Source: an uncultured Alphaproteobacteria bacterium
Lineage (GTDB): Bacteria > Pseudomonadota > Alphaproteobacteria > Rhizobiales > Xanthobacteraceae
DNA length: 38,934 bases
Assembly: GCA_963760435.1 (NCBI GenBank)
Contig: CAVXDE010000016.1
Location: 1-38,934 of the forward strand
Reading direction: 5' to 3'
This document shows positions 8,965-17,538 of this stretch, one piece after another. The notes below the pieces were generated by a model. That model did no database searches and was not told the origin of the DNA. It was given only the letters and a program-made list of their open reading frames with translations. How positions within the stretch are numbered: the stretch's first letter is position 1; each line of letters starts with the position of its first letter. The position numbers and the translations under genes were made by a program.

Positions 8965-9204
8965 GTGAAACTCGTTATTCGCTTGGCAATTCTAGGGGTT
9001 ACAGCTGGTTGGATGAGTTTTGCTACGACCCCGTCCTTCGCCCAGGGCGGAACCCCCGCGGAAAACGCCGCCTGCCGGCCTGATGTGGTACGGCTCTGCC
9101 GTAATGCCGCGCCCGATAGCGGCCGAGTTCTCGCCTGCCTGCAGGCCAATCGCGGGCGCCTGAGCAGAAACTGCATCCGCGTCCTGGCCGCCCACGGACA
9201 GTAA
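8965..9204 (+). CDS. Small secreted Cys-rich protein (79 aa, 4 Cys; 'cysteine rich repeat'-like)
   Basis: GTG at 8965 preceded by GGAGG; signal peptide VKLVIRLAILGVTAGWMSFATTPSFA; CRPDVVRLC....GRVLACLQANRGRLSRNC pattern. Confidence 0.55.
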   Translation: MKLVIRLAILGVTAGWMSFATTPSFAQGGTPAENAACRPDVVRLCRNAAPDSGRVLACLQANRGRLSRNCIRVLAAHGQ

Positions 9205-9228
9205 CTTCCGACTTCCGACTTCCGACTT
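9204..9228. repeat. Tandem heptamer repeat (ACTTCCG) x3.5 in the 30-bp spacer between convergent stops
   Basis: acttccg acttccg acttccg actt read directly from the sequence. Confidence 0.9.
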
Positions 9229-9234
9229 GGACGA

Positions 9235-10176
9235 TCAATTACGCCGGTCGGCAATGAAATGCGCCGCCGAGATCAGGGTGGCCGCCGCTGCCCCGAATGG
9301 CGCCAAGACCTTCTCGGCGTCGGCGACCAGCGCCTGCAACCGCGCCCTGGCACCGGCAACGCCGAGGATCTGAACCATGGTGGCCTTGCCGGCCGCCGCA
9401 TCCTTGCCGGTCGCTTTGCCCACCACGGCTTGGTCGCCTTCGACGTCGAGCAGGTCATCGGCGATCTGGAACGCCTGGCCGATGCCGATCCCGTAGCGGT
9501 TCAGTGCCGCAGCCTGATCGGGGCCGGCGCGGCCAAGGATCGGACCGGCGCAGCAGGCAAACCGCAACAGCGCGCCGGTCTTCATGGATTGCAGGGTCGC
9601 CACATCATGTTCGCTCATGGCCTGCCCGGCCGTCGGCGCAAAGCGCCCCTCCGCCGCGAGATCGAGCATCTGCCCGCCGGCCATGCCGCCAATCCCGGAG
9701 GCACGCGCCAGCAAGTTGACGAGCCGAACCCGGACCTCAGCATCAGGGTGCGTCTCTGGGCGCGACAGGATATCGAACGCAAAGGTGAGCAATCCGTCGC
9801 CCGCCAGAATAGCCGTCGCATCGTCGAACGCCTTGTGCGCGGTCGGCCGGCCGCGCCGCAGGTCGTCATTGTCCATGGCCGGAAGGTCGTCATGCACCAG
9901 CGAGTAGCAATGCACGCATTCGAGCGCCGCGCCGGCCATCAGCGCGTTATCGCGCGGCACGCCGAACAAAGCGGCCGATTCGACCACCAGGAACGGCCGC
10001 AGGCGCTTGCCACCGCCGAGGCTGCCGTACCGCATGGCATCGAGCAGACGGTGCGGCCGGCTGATTTCATCGGCCTCTGTGGAGGTCGCGAGCAGGCGGT
10101 CGAGCAGCGCTTCCGTCTCGAGTGCAACAGCATCGAGACGGGCTGAAAACGACACCCCGGAACTGGAATCAAGCAT
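9235..10176 (-). CDS. ispA: Polyprenyl diphosphate synthase (farnesyl/geranylgeranyl diphosphate synthase, IspA family)
   Basis: FARM LVHDDLPAMDNDDLRRGRPT and SARM GQAFQIADDLLD aspartate-rich motifs; GGKRLRP; about 313 aa. Confidence 0.9.
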   Translation of the reverse strand: MLDSSSGVSFSARLDAVALETEALLDRLLATSTEADEISRPHRLLDAMRYGSLGGGKRLRPFLVVESAALFGVPRDNALMAGAALECVHCYSLVHDDLPAMDNDDLRRGRPTAHKAFDDATAILAGDGLLTFAFDILSRPETHPDAEVRVRLVNLLARASGIGGMAGGQMLDLAAEGRFAPTAGQAMSEHDVATLQSMKTGALLRFACCAGPILGRAGPDQAAALNRYGIGIGQAFQIADDLLDVEGDQAVVGKATGKDAAAGKATMVQILGVAGARARLQALVADAEKVLAPFGAAAATLISAAHFIADRRN

Positions 10177-10263
10177 CTGTGAGGCCGCTATATTCTGTCG
10201 TCATACGCATATCGGATACGATAAGACCATGACCGCGTTAGCGCTAAAAGCAAGGGACTGGGC

Positions 10264-11418
10264 GTGATCGTAGGTCTGATTGCATCACTGTCTGTTGCGG
10301 CGTGGGCCTACCTCGCCCTCGCGCGCGGCGCCTTTTGGCGCACGCGCGAGCGCGACGTCAAGACACCTGCGCCTGCAACCTGGCCGCCGGTCACCGCCAT
10401 CGTCCCGGCGCGCGATGAGGCGGAGACGATCGCGCGCAGCATCGGCTCGCTGATCGACCAGGATTATCCGGGCGAGTTCGCGGTCATCCTGGTGGATGAC
10501 GAAAGCCGCGACGGCACCTCGTCTCTCGCGCGCGCGGCGGCCACGGCGCGCGGCAAGGCGGAGCGGCTGACGATCCTGGCCGGCAAGCCCTTGCCATCAG
10601 GCTGGACCGGCAAACTGTGGGCGCAGAATCAAGGCGTCACCCAAGCTGGACAAGGCAATCCAGCACCGCGCTACCTCCTGCTCACGGACGCCGATATCGT
10701 GCACGCGCCCGACTCTCTGCGCACGCTGGTGAGCGAGGCGGAAGCGGGCAGCCTCGCTCTCACCTCGCGCATGGCCATGCTTCGCTGTGAGAGCCTGGCG
10801 GAGCGCTTGCTGGTCCCCGCGTTCATTTTCTTTTTCCAGATGCTCTATCCGTTCGCCTGGGCGAATGACCGCGGGCGTACGACCGCCGCGGCGGCGGGCG
10901 GCTGCATGCTGGTGCGCCGCGATGCGCTGGAGCAAGCTGGCGGGGTCTCCGCGATTCGCGACGCGTTGATCGATGATTGCGCGCTGGCGCGGCTGATCAA
11001 GCGCATCGGTCCGATCCGCATCGCGCTGACCCAGCGTGTGACCAGCATCCGCCCCTACCCGGCCATTGCCGACGTCGGCCGCATGATCTCGCGCTCGGCC
11101 TACGCGCAGCTCAACTACTCGGCGGCCTTGCTCGCCGGCACGATCGCCGGGCTTACACTCATTTATCTGGCGCCGGTGCTGCTCGCGCTGTTCAGCGATG
11201 GCTTGACCCGTATCGCCGGCATCGCGTGCTGGATTGCAATGGCTTTCCTGTTCCAACCGACCTTGCGCTTCTATCAGGTCTCTCCAGTTTACGGCCTGCT
11301 GCTGCCGCTGATCGCCGCGATCTACATGTGGTTCACCTGCGCGTCCGCCGTGGCGCACGCGCGCGGACGCGGCGGCATGTGGAAGGGCCGTGCCCAAGCC
11401 CCGGCGGTCCGATCATGA
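10264..11418 (+). CDS. hpnB: Hopanoid-associated family 2 glycosyltransferase HpnB
   Basis: GT2 motifs (AIVPARDE, ILVDDESRDGT, LLLTDADIV); multiple C-terminal TM segments; sits immediately upstream of hpnC with an ATGA overlap. Confidence 0.85.
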   Translation: MIVGLIASLSVAAWAYLALARGAFWRTRERDVKTPAPATWPPVTAIVPARDEAETIARSIGSLIDQDYPGEFAVILVDDESRDGTSSLARAAATARGKAERLTILAGKPLPSGWTGKLWAQNQGVTQAGQGNPAPRYLLLTDADIVHAPDSLRTLVSEAEAGSLALTSRMAMLRCESLAERLLVPAFIFFFQMLYPFAWANDRGRTTAAAAGGCMLVRRDALEQAGGVSAIRDALIDDCALARLIKRIGPIRIALTQRVTSIRPYPAIADVGRMISRSAYAQLNYSAALLAGTIAGLTLIYLAPVLLALFSDGLTRIAGIACWIAMAFLFQPTLRFYQVSPVYGLLLPLIAAIYMWFTCASAVAHARGRGGMWKGRAQAPAVRS

Positions 11419-12296
11419 GCAATGCTGGCGAGCTGCGGTCGGGCAAGTCGCACCGGGATGAGAATTTTCCAGTCGCGTCGTGGCTCATCCATCCGCGCCA
11501 CCGCGCGCCGATTCTCGCCTTCTATCACTTCGTGCGCACCGCCGATGACATTGCAGATCACGCCGAGCTCAAACCGGACGAGAAACTCGCCCTGCTCGAT
11601 CAACTCGAGGCCGATCTCGACGGCGCAGGCGATCGCAATCCGGAAGGCGTGACGCTGCGTAAGGAGCTCGCGCAACGCGGACTGTCGCCGCGTCATGCCA
11701 AGGATTTGCTGACTGCGTTTCGGCTCGACGTCACCAAGCTGCGCTATCGCGACTGGGATGATCTGATCGGTTACTGCACCTATTCGGCAATGCCGGTTGG
11801 CCGCTTTGTCTGCGATGTGCATGGCGAGAGCGAAAAGGTGTGGCCCGCCAATGATGCGCTCTGTGCGGCGCTGCAGATCATCAACCATTTGCAGGATTGT
11901 CAGGCCGACTATCGCAATCTAAACCGCGTTTATGTGCCACAGGACTCGCTTGCCGCCGCCGGGGTCGATGTTGAAGCGCTGGGCGAGCCCCGCGCCTCGC
12001 CGCCCCTGCTCGCCTGCCTGCATCGGCTCGCCCAAAAGACCGAGATGCTGCTTGGCGAAGCCGACGTGTTTCCCAATTTAGTGCAGGATCGCCGCCTTGG
12101 CCTTGAGATCGCGGTCATCGCGCGCCTCGCGCATCACCTCACCGGTGTGCTGATGCAGCGCGATCCGCTGAGCGAGCGCGTGCATGTGTCAAAGCTCGGC
12201 GCACTCGGCCTGACCGCTCAAGCCGTGCTGCAGCATGGCGTGCGCAGCCTGGGTGTCCGGGCGCCGGCCCGCCTCCCCGAGGTGTCAGGCCGATGA
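11415..12296 (+). CDS. hpnC: Squalene synthase HpnC
   Basis: LRSGKSHRDENFPVASWLIHPRHRAPILAFYHFVRTADDIAD, YCTYSAMPVGRF and LQIINHLQDCQAD match HpnC; the ATG overlaps the hpnB stop. Confidence 0.95.
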   Translation: MSNAGELRSGKSHRDENFPVASWLIHPRHRAPILAFYHFVRTADDIADHAELKPDEKLALLDQLEADLDGAGDRNPEGVTLRKELAQRGLSPRHAKDLLTAFRLDVTKLRYRDWDDLIGYCTYSAMPVGRFVCDVHGESEKVWPANDALCAALQIINHLQDCQADYRNLNRVYVPQDSLAAAGVDVEALGEPRASPPLLACLHRLAQKTEMLLGEADVFPNLVQDRRLGLEIAVIARLAHHLTGVLMQRDPLSERVHVSKLGALGLTAQAVLQHGVRSLGVRAPARLPEVSGR

Positions 12297-13138
12297 GCAT
12301 GGAGACACCAAACCCAAACGAAGCCGCGCCCGCCGAAACGCGCGCGTCCGGCAGTTCGTTCTACACGGCGATGCGTATCCTGCCGCAGGCGCAGCGCGAC
12401 GCCATGTTCGAGATCTACTCGTTCTGTCGCGCCGTCGACGACGTCGCCGACAGCACCGGGCCGCGCGAGCAGCGCGTGCGCGAGCTTGCCGGCTGGCGCA
12501 ACGACATCGCGGCGATCTACGCCGGTCATCCGCCGCCGGCACTAAATGGATTGGCGCAGGCGGTGCAAAGATTCGGCCTCAAGCGCGAGGACTTCCTGGC
12601 GGTCATCGACGGCATGGAGATGGACGTCGTCGCCGATATCCGCGCGCCCGACTTCCCGACGCTCGAGCTTTACTGCGATCGCGTCGCCTGCGCGGTTGGC
12701 CGCCTGTCGGTGAAAGTGTTTGGTCTGCCCGACGGCGCCGGTATCGCGCTCGCCGACCAGCTCGGACGCGCGCTGCAGCTCACCAATATTTTGCGCGACC
12801 TCGATGAGGACGCCGTGTTGGGCAGGCTTTATCTTCCGGCCGACGCGCTGCGTGACGCGGGCATCACCACCACCGAACCGGCCGCCGCCGTTGCCGATCC
12901 GCGCATCGAGTGGGCCTGTCATTCCCTGGTCGCCCGCGCCCGCGCGCATTTCACCAAGGCCGAACAGATCATGGCGCATTGTCCGCGCCGCAGCGTGCGC
13001 GCGCCGCGGCTGATGCGCGCGGTCTATCAAACAATCCTCGAGCGGCTGGTGGCGCGCGGGTTTGGCGCGCCGCGCGCCCCGATCCGCATCGGCAAGCCGC
13101 TGCTTGTCTGGATGCTGCTGCGCTACGCGATTATTTGA
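12293..13138 (+). CDS. hpnD: Presqualene diphosphate synthase HpnD
   Basis: SSFYTAMRILPQAQRDAMFEIYSFCRAVDDVAD and YCDRVACAVGRLS match squalene/phytoene-synthase-family HpnD; ATGA overlap with hpnC. Confidence 0.95.
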   Translation: MSMETPNPNEAAPAETRASGSSFYTAMRILPQAQRDAMFEIYSFCRAVDDVADSTGPREQRVRELAGWRNDIAAIYAGHPPPALNGLAQAVQRFGLKREDFLAVIDGMEMDVVADIRAPDFPTLELYCDRVACAVGRLSVKVFGLPDGAGIALADQLGRALQLTNILRDLDEDAVLGRLYLPADALRDAGITTTEPAAAVADPRIEWACHSLVARARAHFTKAEQIMAHCPRRSVRAPRLMRAVYQTILERLVARGFGAPRAPIRIGKPLLVWMLLRYAII

Positions 13139-14394
13139 TGCCAAACCGGGTCCACATCATCGGCGCCGGGCTCGCCGGCCTCGCTGCCGCCGTGCGGTTG
13201 AGCAAATCCGGCGCACGGGTCGTGCTGCACGAGGCCGCCAACCAGGCCGGCGGACGCTGCCGCAGCTACGACGACCCTGCTCTCGGCATGGCGATCGACA
13301 ACGGCAATCACCTGGTGCTGTCCGGCAATCGGGCGACGATGGAGTTCGTCACCGGCATCGGCGCGCGTGATCAGTTGCAAGGTCCCGGCGCGGCGTCTTT
13401 CCCGATGGTCGATCTCGCCACCAATCGGCGCTGGACCATCCGTATCAATGACGGCCGCCTGCCGTGGTGGATCTTCGATCCGTCGGCGCGCGTCCCCGGG
13501 ACGACCGCGATACAATATCTTCCACTGGCGCGCCTGCTCTGGCCTCGCGCGGACCGCGCCATCGGCGAGGTGATCGCCTGCAAGGGTCCGGTCTACGAGC
13601 AGTTGCTCGACCCGTTGCTGCGCGCCGCGCTCAACACCGAACCGCCGCTGTCGTCCGCCGCGCTTGCCGGCGCGGTGCTGCGCGAGACCGTGGCGACCGG
13701 CGGGCAAGCGTGCCATCCGCTCATCGCCGCCCATGGACTCGGGCGCGCCTTCATCGATCCGGCGCTGACGTTCATCGCGCAGCACGGCGGTTCGATCCGC
13801 TTCGGCCGTCGGTTGCGTGCGTTGGCGTTTGATGGCGCGCGCGCGAGCAAACTCGACTTCGGCGAAGACATGGTTGATCTCGCACCGAGTGATGCAGTGA
13901 TCGTCGCGGTGCCGCCGCCGGTCGCGGCCGATCTACTCCCCGGCCTCACGGTGCCGACCGAGTTCTGCGCCATCGTCAACGCGCACTACCGCTTCGTCCG
14001 CGATAAACCCGTGCCGCCCATGATGGGCGCGCTCAACGGCCTGACCGAATGGCTGTTCGCGTTTCCGGACCGGCTCTCGGTCACGATCAGCGCCGCCAAC
14101 CGCTTGCTCGAGTTGGAACGTGAAACGCTCGCCAACAAGATCTGGCACGAGGTCGCGCAGATGATCGGCAGCGACGCGCCAATGCCCGCCTGGCAGATCG
14201 TGCGCGAGCGCCGCGCAACCTTTGCGGCCGTGCCGGCACAGAATGCGCGCCGCCCGGTAACCCTGACGCAATGGAACAACCTGATGCTCGCGGGCGATTG
14301 GACCGCCACCGGCCTGCCGGCCACTATCGAAGGCGCCATCCGGTCCGGCAACCGCGCCGCCGAATTGTTGATGCGCGCGAATAATGGTCACTGA
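13138..14394 (+). CDS. hpnE: Hydroxysqualene dehydroxylase HpnE (FAD-dependent amine-oxidase family)
   Basis: N-terminal Rossmann motif VHIIGAGLAGLAAAVRL; position between hpnD and shc; TGATG overlap with hpnD. Confidence 0.9.
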   Translation: MPNRVHIIGAGLAGLAAAVRLSKSGARVVLHEAANQAGGRCRSYDDPALGMAIDNGNHLVLSGNRATMEFVTGIGARDQLQGPGAASFPMVDLATNRRWTIRINDGRLPWWIFDPSARVPGTTAIQYLPLARLLWPRADRAIGEVIACKGPVYEQLLDPLLRAALNTEPPLSSAALAGAVLRETVATGGQACHPLIAAHGLGRAFIDPALTFIAQHGGSIRFGRRLRALAFDGARASKLDFGEDMVDLAPSDAVIVAVPPPVAADLLPGLTVPTEFCAIVNAHYRFVRDKPVPPMMGALNGLTEWLFAFPDRLSVTISAANRLLELERETLANKIWHEVAQMIGSDAPMPAWQIVRERRATFAAVPAQNARRPVTLTQWNNLMLAGDWTATGLPATIEGAIRSGNRAAELLMRANNGH

Positions 14395-16330
14395 CATGGA
14401 TTCAACAACTCTCGACAAATCGATCGAAGCCGCCACCGACGCGCTGCTCGCGTGCCAGCAGCCGGACGGGCACTGGGTGTTCGAGCTCGAAGCCGATGCT
14501 ACGATCCCGGCCGAATACGTGCTGCTCAAGCATTATCTCGGCATCCTGCCTGACCCGGTGCTGGAACAGAAAATCGCCGTCTATCTGCGCCGCACCCAGG
14601 GCCGGCATGGCGGTTGGCCGCTGTTTCACGACGGCGATCTCGATATCAGCTGCAGCGTGAAGGCCTATTTCGCGCTGAAGATGATCGGCGATCCGCCGGA
14701 CGCGCCGCATATGGCCCGCGCCCGCGCGGCGATCCGGCAGCATGGCGGCGCCGATCGCAGCAACGTGTTCACCCGCGCCCTGCTGGCGCTCTACGGGATC
14801 GTATCGTGGCACGCGGTGCCGGCGATGCCGGTGGAGATCACGCTGCTGCCGCGATGGTTTCCGTTTCATATCGACAAGGTGTCCTACTGGGCCCGCACCG
14901 TCCTCACGCCGCTGCTGGTGCTGCGCGCCCTGATGCCGCGCGCGCGCAACCCGCGCGGGGTCACGATCGAGGAACTGTTTCTGGAGCCGCCACAGAGCCT
15001 GCGCGGCTTGCCCAAGGCGCCACACCAGAAATGGTTCTGGTTCGTCTTCTTCCGCATCGTCGATCACATCGTGCGCGCGATCGAGCCGCTGTTTCCCAAA
15101 GCGACGCGCAAACGCGCCATCGATGCGGCGGTCGCGTTCGTGACCACGCGGCTCAATGGTGAGGACGGGCTCGGCGCGATCTTCCCGGCTATGGCCAACA
15201 CGGTGATGATGTTTGATGTGCTGGGCTACCCGGCGGACCATCCGGACGTGGTGATCGCGCGCCGGTCGATCGAGAAGTTGCTGGTCATCAAGCCGGATGA
15301 GGCCTACTGCCAGCCGTGCGTCTCGCCGGTGTGGGACACCGCGCTCGTCGCCCACGCGTTGCTCGAGTGCGGCACCGATGCGACCAACAAACAAGCCGAG
15401 CGCGGGCTCCAATGGCTCGCTCCACTGCAGGTCCTCGATGTCGCCGGCGACTGGGCGGTGCAGCGTCCGAACGTACGCCCGGGCGGCTGGGCGTTCCAAT
15501 ACGCCAATGCCTACTATCCGGACCTCGACGATACCGCGGTCGTGGTCATGGCGATGGACCGGGTGCGCAAGCAGACCGGCACGAAGGAATACGACACCGC
15601 GATCGATCGCGCGCGCGAATGGATCAGCGGCCTGCAGAGCCGCAACGGCGGCTGGGCCGCGTTCGACGCCGATAATACTTATGACTATCTCAACAACATC
15701 CCGTTCTCGGACCACGGCGCACTGCTTGATCCGCCGACGGAGGATCTGACCGGGCGCTGCTTGTCGATGCTGGCGCAGCTCGGCGAGCAACGCGAAAACA
15801 ATCCACCGCTCGAACACGGGCTCGATTTCCTCCGCCGCACCCAGCATCCCGAGGGCAGTTGGTACGGACGTTGGGGCATGAACTTCATCTACGGCACCTG
15901 GTCGGTGCTGTGCGCGCTCAACGTCCTTGGCCTCGACCAACAATCACCGGAAGTCCGCCGCGCCGTCGACTGGCTCGCCAAGATCCAGAACCCGGATGGC
16001 GGCTGGGGCGAGGACGGCGCGAGCTACAAGCTTGATTATCATGGTTACGAAACGGCTCCGAGCACCGCCTCGCAAACCGCCTGGGCGCTGCTTGCCTTGA
16101 TGGCCGCCGGTGCGGTCGATCATCCGGCGGTGGCGCGTGGCATTGGGTATCTGACGCAAACGCAGGGCCACGACGGCTTCTGGAACGAGCCGCGCTTCAC
16201 CGCCACCGGTTTCCCGCGCGTGTTCTACCTGCGCTACCACGGCTATTCGAAATTCTTCCCGCTGTGGGCACTCGCGCGCTACCGCAACCTCACCGGCCGC
16301 AACCTGCGCCGCGTCGAGTTCGGGATGTGA
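14384..16330 (+). CDS. shc: Squalene-hopene cyclase
   Basis: QW/QxxxGxW repeats, catalytic DxDD (YPDLDDTAVVVMAMD), GGWGE and QTAWALLAL motifs; alternative start ATG at 14396. Confidence 0.95.
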   Translation: MVTDMDSTTLDKSIEAATDALLACQQPDGHWVFELEADATIPAEYVLLKHYLGILPDPVLEQKIAVYLRRTQGRHGGWPLFHDGDLDISCSVKAYFALKMIGDPPDAPHMARARAAIRQHGGADRSNVFTRALLALYGIVSWHAVPAMPVEITLLPRWFPFHIDKVSYWARTVLTPLLVLRALMPRARNPRGVTIEELFLEPPQSLRGLPKAPHQKWFWFVFFRIVDHIVRAIEPLFPKATRKRAIDAAVAFVTTRLNGEDGLGAIFPAMANTVMMFDVLGYPADHPDVVIARRSIEKLLVIKPDEAYCQPCVSPVWDTALVAHALLECGTDATNKQAERGLQWLAPLQVLDVAGDWAVQRPNVRPGGWAFQYANAYYPDLDDTAVVVMAMDRVRKQTGTKEYDTAIDRAREWISGLQSRNGGWAAFDADNTYDYLNNIPFSDHGALLDPPTEDLTGRCLSMLAQLGEQRENNPPLEHGLDFLRRTQHPEGSWYGRWGMNFIYGTWSVLCALNVLGLDQQSPEVRRAVDWLAKIQNPDGGWGEDGASYKLDYHGYETAPSTASQTAWALLALMAAGAVDHPAVARGIGYLTQTQGHDGFWNEPRFTATGFPRVFYLRYHGYSKFFPLWALARYRNLTGRNLRRVEFGM

Positions 16331-16397
16331 GTTAACGGTTCATTCACCATAGTTCACGCACTGTGGTTGAGGGTCAGTCCTAGCTGGTAGAAACGTC

Positions 16398-16589
16398 ATG
16401 ACCGACGCGGAGCTGCTGCACTACTATATCGAGCGCAAGCGCATCATCTTTGGCGGGGAGCGCCCCGCCGGGCATTATCGCCTGCGCGAGCTCGGGTTCA
16501 TCGAAGAGCACCCTGCCAGTCTCCGGAACTTGTTGATCACGGTAACCGACGCCGGCCGCGCCGCGCTCGATGCGCGGCCTGCGGCCTGA
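16398..16589 (+). CDS. Small hypothetical protein (63 aa)
   Basis: Good GC3 codon bias (ctg/gag/cgc/atc) but weak RBS; no recognisable domain. Confidence 0.35.
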   Translation: MTDAELLHYYIERKRIIFGGERPAGHYRLRELGFIEEHPASLRNLLITVTDAGRAALDARPAA

Positions 16590-16591
16590 GA

Positions 16592-17119
16592 TCATTGCGC
16601 GGGTGCTTTCGGCTGCCACGCGCGGGCAAGTCGCACCGCCTCGCCGAGCTGGGATCGCGTCATCTTCTTGGCGACAAAATCACGCTCGCCGCGCGCCGCC
16701 GCCTGTGACCCCGCCGCTGCGAGGTTCAGCCACATGTGGGCTTGCACCAAATCCTGTGGCACACCGCGACCGCTCGCATACATGAGTCCAAGATTGAATT
16801 GGGCCGCCACGTGGCCTTGATCGGCCGCCCTCTGATACCAGTACGCCGCCTTGGCCAAATCCTGCCGCGCTCCCACCCCGGCGTCATAAACGAGCCCAAG
16901 CTTATATTCGGCATTGGAGTCGCCCTGCTCCGCGTTCTTTTGTAGCTCGGGAACTGGCTCCATCCCGTTCTGTTCGGCATCGGAAACCGGTGTAAACAGC
17001 TGGAAAAACTGAGGCGATCGGGCTTCGGCGCCCAAGGCCGCTGATTGAAGCAACGAAGCCGGCGCAAGCAGCAGTCCAAGCGCGACCTGCCAGGCCATCA
17101 TTTCGCGAGATGCACGCAT
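16592..17119 (-). CDS. Sel1-repeat (TPR-like) secreted protein
   Basis: ATG at 17119 after GGGGAGG; signal peptide MRASREMMAWQVALGLLLAPASLLQSAALGA; Sel1 motifs (AEYKLGLVYDAGVGARQDLAKAAYWYQRAADQGHVAAQFNLGLMYASGRGVPQDLVQAHMWLNLAA). Confidence 0.8.
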   Translation of the reverse strand: MRASREMMAWQVALGLLLAPASLLQSAALGAEARSPQFFQLFTPVSDAEQNGMEPVPELQKNAEQGDSNAEYKLGLVYDAGVGARQDLAKAAYWYQRAADQGHVAAQFNLGLMYASGRGVPQDLVQAHMWLNLAAAGSQAAARGERDFVAKKMTRSQLGEAVRLARAWQPKAPAQ

Positions 17120-17191
17120 CAATTACCTCCCCGCGCTATTTGGTTCCTTCCCTCAGAAAATTGCTGATGAACGGCGCGCCTCGTGTTTTCT

Positions 17192-17271
17192 CGCTGGATT
17201 GCTTCGCTTCGGTCGCAATGACGGTCTGGACTCGTCATTGCGAGGGGCGAAGCGGACAAAGCAATCCAGCG
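17192..17271. repeat. Long imperfect palindrome (about 32-bp arms, 9-nt loop) in a divergent intergenic region
   Basis: CGCTGGATTGCTT-CGCTTCG-GTCGCAATGACG ... CGTCATTGCGAG-GGG-CGAAGCG-GACA-AAGCAATCCAGCG. Confidence 0.75.
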
Positions 17272-17538
17272 CTTTTAGCGCAGCTGTTCCCACCGGATAT
17301 CGCGTCCCTCAACCCTCGGCTCGATGGGTCGGTTCCCCCAATCCCAAACTTGCGCAACCGGTGTGGCCCGCGGGCAACAATTCCCTACGCCAATGCCGGC
17401 ACCGCCATGAGACGCTTGTCGGCAGGCCGGTTTCTGAACCAATGCTTTGTCGGCATCCGAGAGGTCACTCGAAAGAATTGGACGGATCGACCGGTATTCG
17501 AAACCTTGGCTGGAGCCCAAAAGCAGCCGAGGTTGCAA

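Noticed and set aside
9204-9228. Possible CRISPR array
   Set aside because: Only 3.5 contiguous 7-bp units with no spacers; a simple tandem repeat. No repeat-spacer arrays seen anywhere in the window.
17110-17538. N-terminal extension of the alpha/beta hydrolase (ORF track start 17110, or ATG 17407)
   Set aside because: The extension uses rare codons and is lower in GC; the hydrolase core begins about 30 aa before the LHG motif at ATG 17539 with a GAGG RBS.
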